Of a stretch of 64,000 nt of DNA, positions 59,334 through 64,000 are shown in pieces. The number at the start of each line of letters is the position of its first letter. Within the stretch, counting starts at the first letter, position 1. This DNA is from a virus, in the IMG/VR virus record IMGVR_UViG_3300046314_000658; one strand, 5' to 3'. Made by a program: the position numbers and the translations under genes. A model generated the notes under the pieces. That model was not told the origin of the DNA, made no database searches, and worked only from the letters and a program-made list of their open reading frames with translations.

Positions 59334-60297
59334 TTTGTGTCTCCAATCGATTGTGGTGCTCTAAGATAACTTTACTGATGTCAGCATCTGTCATTGCATT
59401 GACGACAGCTGGAGTCAAAACAACTTTCAATACTTTCATCAGCTCCCCAAGGCGAGCGTTCTCGCGGCTAGTGAGTTCTTTAACAATATCTCCATTGAAT
59501 TTTAATGCTGCAGCTTCAATTTCAAACTTGCGTCTCCACAATTCGTCAAATTCTGCTTTTGCATGAGGAAATGCTTTGAAGATTTTGTGGTGGTACACAG
59601 TCTTGTCAGCATCAAACTGATAGAACTCTGTCTTCACAGTCTGTGTCTTGCACCATTCTAGGAATGCGGTGTAAGTAGCGCGCTTGCGATCGCGAACACG
59701 TGCTGTATGGTTACGGTTCTCCAACAAGAAGATATCAGGATTGAAGTATTTGCTTGCTGCTACAGCTTCGAAGATTTCCTCGAGAGTATCCAGTTCACCG
59801 TATGTAAAGTCTCCAAATTTATCAATCTCTGCTGGGTCAGTGGATAACAAGATTTCACCAAGCGTATGATCCTTGCTACGAACAGGAAACCACAAACCGT
59901 CGTGACCAAATTTTAATCCCAACTTATGGTGAATTCTCCCTCTCAAATTACCGAAATCATTCGACCCAAAATAATTAGATGCTACTGCAAATTCAGTGAT
60001 TGTTGTAGTAATCAAATCAATCTGTAATTCACGAAATACCAATGACCACACCCCACCATTGTGACTAACTTCATCGCTTGTGCACCCGAAAGCGTTTTGT
60101 AGCAACTTTGTGGACAGTTCTCGAGCTGGGATGAACAGTACATCCATATCACCAAAAGAAGGTTTGGTGCTAAAGGCTTTGATGGCTTCAGCTTTGGCAG
60201 CGAATGTATTGACAATATTCAATACAGTTGGCACCAACGTATGGTACTCGTCAGCATTGTATCGTCGAGTTTTACCTGGAAACACATTACCACCCAT
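59323..60297 (-). CDS. Pol-beta/PolX-superfamily nucleotidyltransferase-like phage protein
   Basis: KxSFGDMDVL, QIDL, GLKFGxxGL. Confidence 0.65.
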   Translation of the reverse strand: MGGNVFPGKTRRYNADEYHTLVPTVLNIVNTFAAKAEAIKAFSTKPSFGDMDVLFIPARELSTKLLQNAFGCTSDEVSHNGGVWSLVFRELQIDLITTTITEFAVASNYFGSNDFGNLRGRIHHKLGLKFGHDGLWFPVRSKDHTLGEILLSTDPAEIDKFGDFTYGELDTLEEIFEAVAASKYFNPDIFLLENRNHTARVRDRKRATYTAFLEWCKTQTVKTEFYQFDADKTVYHHKIFKAFPHAKAEFDELWRRKFEIEAAALKFNGDIVKELTSRENARLGELMKVLKVVLTPAVVNAMTDADISKVILEHHNRLETQNAS

Positions 60298-60329
60298 TGA
60301 GAACCTCAGCTTTCTGTTGCATTAAGTGT

Positions 60330-60358
60330 ATTATACATTATACGGACGCGTATGTCAA
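60330..60358 (-). promoter_or_regulatory. perfect sigma70 consensus promoter
   Basis: TTGACA-17-TATAAT. Confidence 0.9.
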
Positions 60359-60454
60359 CTGATAATCAAGGGAGCTACTAACGAGCCATACAACTATCAC
60401 GCGACAAGCGGAGGGCGTACATCCTCGCCGAAGTCGTCAACAAACTAATTATTG

Positions 60455-60532
60455 TGGAGCGCCTGACAGGATTTGAACCTGCACTATCTACGGAGTAGAA
60501 ATCCGCTGCTTGTCCAGTTAAGCTTCAGGCGC
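60455..60532 (-). tRNA. tRNA-Arg(UCU) with encoded CCA
   Basis: GCGCCTG/CAGGCGC acceptor, GCTT/AAGC D stem with A20, GCGGA-TTTCTAC-TCCGT anticodon arm, GCAGG-TTCAAAT-CCTGT T arm. Confidence 0.9.
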
Positions 60533-60576
60533 AAAATTAATTGATATAGCGATTATACACTATAACAAAAAGGGAG

Positions 60577-60684
60577 CTACCGTTTTGTTATCACACCGCC
60601 AAGTAAACTCTGATACAATTCAGCACACGCTTGAACTTTGAATTCCATTTTACGACCCGACTTTGTGGTAAGAGTGTAGCTCAT
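60577..60684 (-). CDS. 35-aa phage protein (absent from ORF track)
   Basis: MSYTLTTKSGRKMEFKVQACAELYQSLLGGVITKR; CTAAATA upstream at 60718-60712. Confidence 0.6.
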   Translation of the reverse strand: MSYTLTTKSGRKMEFKVQACAELYQSLLGGVITKR

Positions 60685-60729
60685 AGTGGTATAGTGGTAA
60701 GTGAGGAACCGTATTTAGTACAATAGTGG

Positions 60730-61255
60730 TTATATTTTTATGAGTTCCAATTTGGTGCATATTAGATCACGCATGTCTCGAGTGATCGTGTTTTTCACGA
60801 GTAGTGTCAACAAGTCACCTTTTTGGGTCTTCACCATCTCCATAGTCGTGCCACCAAATCCTGGAACAACTTGCCGGATTTCTGAGGCAGCTATCGAGTA
60901 TATTGGCGATCTCCGTAATGAATGTTCATCAGTCGCAGCCAGACATATCACATCAGCTGTTTTTATCAACGCGTTCGCGATACAAGCGGCGCCGACAGTT
61001 GAGAGTACATATCTTGGTTTACCAGCACCACTTAGTGTTAGATCCAACTCATCCGGACCACTGAACTGGTTGCTACTTATTCTACCAAACGATATATTTA
61101 TTACGTTGCGAGATGGATTAGTATCAAGAATCAACTCCTCGACATAGATGCCGTACCACTGACCCTCAACTAAAAAAAACACAACGAGTGTCGTCTAACC
61201 ACTCAAACGGCGAAGGCGGTATTCCGAGGATTTCTTTTATAAATTTAAAACTCAT
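60730..61255 (-). pseudogene. hypothetical gene with a frameshift in a T8 run
   Basis: ATG 61255 overlaps the upstream stop (ATGA); removing one T at 61172-61179 joins it to ORF 60730..61182. Confidence 0.55.
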
Positions 61256-61920
61256 CGCAAAATATTGCTTTGATTTTTGATAAGCGTGCGCCAATCTGGT
61301 TTTGAATATGGCACGACAGTTGCAGTAGATTTGTTATCCGCGAAGTAAAACGCATCTGTCGTACCATTGATAGACATCTTCCACATTCCGGCAGGGATGG
61401 GAATTCGATCTGCCAGTAAAGTTGGGTTAACATTATACACCGGCACAGTAACGATCCAAGTAATAGTCGGTGATTTGATTGCTGCTGCACGAACGCGAGC
61501 TTCTATTTGCTTCCACTTTCCTCGGTTGAGAATTGGAACTTGTGGAACAACATTCGTCAGATAAAACGTGTCGTACATCTGTTGATCTGTTGCTGCATCC
61601 TCAGCAGCAACCATATGGCCACGATCGAACCCTGTCGTTTCGTATAGAGCTGTGCGTGGACTGTTTTTTACGCGGCTGTCGGGACGGAATCCACTAATTC
61701 GCGTAGGTGCACCAATTGCTGTACCTGGCTCAAGGCGAGCGCTAGTAAAAACAACACGGGAGTGAGCTTGGTCGTAATGAGCCACATAAAAACTATTACA
61801 CAACTCAATCACATCACGGTTCGCAGGAGCAATAGCTACACCATTCGGATATAGTTGTGGACACGTAGCAACTGCTGCAGTTGCTACGAATGCAATTAGT
61901 AGACTAACAATTGTCTTCAT
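61252..61920 (-). CDS. secreted DNA/RNA non-specific endonuclease (Serratia NucA/EndoG family)
   Basis: Signal peptide; DRGH, F.LTN..PQ..LN.G.W..E, IP..WK. Confidence 0.9.
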   Translation of the reverse strand: MKTIVSLLIAFVATAAVATCPQLYPNGVAIAPANRDVIELCNSFYVAHYDQAHSRVVFTSARLEPGTAIGAPTRISGFRPDSRVKNSPRTALYETTGFDRGHMVAAEDAATDQQMYDTFYLTNVVPQVPILNRGKWKQIEARVRAAAIKSPTITWIVTVPVYNVNPTLLADRIPIPAGMWKMSINGTTDAFYFADNKSTATVVPYSKPDWRTLIKNQSNILR

Positions 61921-62335
61921 TGTGAATCTTTACGTAGGTCAATGTTTGGAGACTCGCCCCACTGTGGTGCTTGTGGTGGTAATGTATCCTCTTTCACATC
62001 TTTCTGAAAGATTGCTTCCCAACGAGAATCCCACTCATCCTGACTTACGCTACGAGGACGTACTGCGCTTCCTTTACTCATGCTCCAACTCCTTATTTTT
62101 TTCAGTTGTTTTATTTAGTTCATCAGGACGAATTTTACGAAGCCACTTTGCAGGAGAGTGAACTACTGTACCAATTCCACCATACTCAGTAACCAGATCC
62201 TTTTTAGATCGAATCTCCCAAATTGTGCCATATAGCGAGTGCTCACCAACCGTTTTGATACACTGCACGACGACACCAACTTGCGCTCCAGTTACTGTCT
62301 CTATTACAACTGCCAAGCAACCTGGCTCGAGATCA

Positions 62336-62527
62336 CTACTCATGGTCAACACCTCCATTTGGTTTACTTTGAACGGCAGGCTCTACCTTAGTTAGCGAGA
62401 AAGTGCCGTCGTTATTGTCCGTCCACATAACCGTATCTCCATCTTTCCAATTGAGATCTTCACACATCGAATCTGGTAGTGGTAAGACTAGGTCATCACC
62501 ATCAGCAATGAGAGATACAGTTGTCAT
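62336..62527 (-). CDS. AbrB/SpoVT-like small protein
   Basis: LVLPLP..L.WKxGD..W..DG.F.L.K. Confidence 0.7.
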   Translation of the reverse strand: MTTVSLIADGDDLVLPLPDSMCEDLNWKDGDTVMWTDNNDGTFSLTKVEPAVQSKPNGGVDHE

Positions 62528-62974
62528 TTAGTACAAACCTTCTAAGTCTGGCTTTGCGTATGACGAGCCCTTCGTAATTTTACCGTTTGCATCAAATACG
62601 GGCTTACCATCAACAAACTTCGACCAGTTACTATCGTTCACCCGTGCAAGAGCGGTAGTAATATCCATACCAAGCATGTGTGCAACGCCTGTTGCCGTGA
62701 CGATCTGATCGCACAGAGCATCCAGCATCTCCTTACGGTCAATCGTTAGATCCTCAAATACAACTCGTTCACCAGGTTGGATGAACCCAGTTTTAAAGGC
62801 AGTTGCCAAATTGCTCAATGCTGTTGCTACAGGCTCAGCACCTAATGCTGTAAACATTTCGCTTATCTCTTCAAAATGTACTCCCAGCGCTACCAATCGA
62901 CCCTTATCATCAGGCACAGGTCGAGCAAGTTGTTGCCACTCTAACACGGAACTTAATATATCTGTTGTCTTCAT
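62528..62974 (-). CDS. all-alpha NTP pyrophosphatase (PRA-PH/MazG-like)
   Basis: HFEE, LDALCDQIVTAxG, V..SNxSKF, GKI.KG..Y..PDL. Confidence 0.85.
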   Translation of the reverse strand: MKTTDILSSVLEWQQLARPVPDDKGRLVALGVHFEEISEMFTALGAEPVATALSNLATAFKTGFIQPGERVVFEDLTIDRKEMLDALCDQIVTATGVAHMLGMDITTALARVNDSNWSKFVDGKPVFDANGKITKGSSYAKPDLEGLY

Positions 62975-63070
62975 AATACTCCTGTTAATGATTTAATAAA
63001 TATCTAACTTAATTCGTAAGCCGCGATGTTATCAGCATCCGCTTACTCTAACCAACCTGGTAGGCATTAT

Positions 63071-64000
63071 ATGGTCAGCACAACTACACACGGAGATGGA
63101 CGGGTTCCATATTTCTACATAATTCGTCACATATCATCTAATAGATGGTATGCTGGAAGTAAGTTTGGTGTCAATGCAAATCCTGCAACATTCATGGTTC
63201 CTGGAGGATATCGCACCTCATCAAATACGGTTCGTCGATTAATTGATATTGACGGACTCGAATCATTCGAACTTATATGTATATTAACCGAGGCAGAGTG
63301 TATGATGTCAGTGTACGACTTTGAAACTAGATTTTTGCAAGAATATTGTATAGCACAAAATCCACATTGGTTGAACCTACACAATAATACAAACTGGACG
63401 GAGAACTCCACTTTCGGTACAGACGGCTTCAAGCAGAAAATGCAAGCAAAGTATGGGGTGTCACACAACTCTCACATTCCGGCAGTGATAGAAAAACGAA
63501 AAACAACTCAACTCGCAAATTTCGGAGAAACTTGTTGGAAAAAGAACCCAGCGCTGCAAAGAGCGTTTGAGGATTCGATGATGTTGCGGTATGGAGTGAA
63601 AAATGTTCGATCATTGGACAGTACGAAGGCGGCAATTCGTGCTACCATGTTAACCAGATATGGAGTGGAGAATTATAACCTATCAGCTGAACTTCGCGCA
63701 AAATCTAGTGCTACGTTGATGCGTCGCACGGGATACGATCACAATACGAAGGATCCGGCAGTTATAGCCCGTAGAACAGCACGATACCTTGAAAAGACAG
63801 GATACTCTAGTCCTATGGAAAATCCAGTCATTCTTGCAAAAAAGCTACAGACGCTCGAGAGTAAGTACGGTAATAGCAACCTGAGTGCTATTCCAGAAGT
63901 AATCGCAAAGAAAGTGGCTATTCAAAAAGCGAAAAGAGAGCGCCCCATGACGAAAGCGATCCACAAATACCTAACGGAACACAAGTTGACACCAAAAATA
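63071..64000 (+). CDS. GIY-YIG/Seg-like homing endonuclease with KYG-type repeats (runs off window)
   Basis: Hand translation is open from ATG 63071 to the end: PYFYII..YAGS..Y.TSS..LI..G..F..E..L..N; then about 23-aa repeats KYGV/RYGV/RTGY/KTGY/KYGN. Confidence 0.75.
   Translation, partial: MVSTTTHGDGRVPYFYIIRHISSNRWYAGSKFGVNANPATFMVPGGYRTSSNTVRRLIDIDGLESFELICILTEAECMMSVYDFETRFLQEYCIAQNPHWLNLHNNTNWTENSTFGTDGFKQKMQAKYGVSHNSHIPAVIEKRKTTQLANFGETCWKKNPALQRAFEDSMMLRYGVKNVRSLDSTKAAIRATMLTRYGVENYNLSAELRAKSSATLMRRTGYDHNTKDPAVIARRTARYLEKTGYSSPMENPVILAKKLQTLESKYGNSNLSAIPEVIAKKVAIQKAKRERPMTKAIHKYLTEHKLTPKI

Noticed and set aside
60494-60502. Amber-suppressor (CUA) reading of the tRNA
   Set aside because: The 5-bp stem fixes a 7-nt loop TTTCTAC whose central triplet is TCT; A20 supports Arg identity
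60574-60682. ncRNA closed by GAGCTAC/GTAGCTC pairing
   Set aside because: The interval is better explained as a 35-aa ORF on the - strand with a late-type box
1-64000. Alternative genetic code (TAG or TGA recoding) as in some jumbo phages
   Set aside because: Long conserved genes are intact in code 11 and all three stops end genes directly before the next gene or promoter

Overview
A 64-kb segment of a large lytic dsDNA phage genome with T4-like/jumbo-phage organisation and the standard genetic code. The host is probably Gram-negative, since the phage encodes a signal-peptide beta-barrel ending in Phe. Layout: (1) 1-31.3 kb, + strand: about 80 small early genes driven by more than 20 related sigma70-type promoters, including uvsE, a UDP-glucuronate decarboxylase, a ferritin-like protein, a CCA-adding enzyme and several expanded paralogue families. 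(2) 31.4-37.1 kb, +: FN3/SPRY/LamG fibre or adhesin genes behind ATAAATA late-type promoters. (3) 37.1-51.6 kb, -: host take-over and nucleotide genes (5'-nucleotidase, OMP, phosphoesterase, GNAT, Nampt plus NMNAT-Nudix NAD+ salvage, MazG-like, HDAC-family, SBP-LysM). (4) 52.0-58.9 kb, +: a LuxR-type regulator heading a 12-gene cluster whose products resemble spore-coat/exosporium parts; this is the best candidate for an undescribed system. (5) 58.9-64 kb: P-loop kinase, Pol-beta-like nucleotidyltransferase, tRNA-Arg(UCU), secreted nuclease and a GIY-YIG-like endonuclease. The second notable signal is the same covarying hairpin (AG-AUAGA-CU core) in front of both NAD+ salvage genes. All family calls come from motif recognition by eye; no searches were run.
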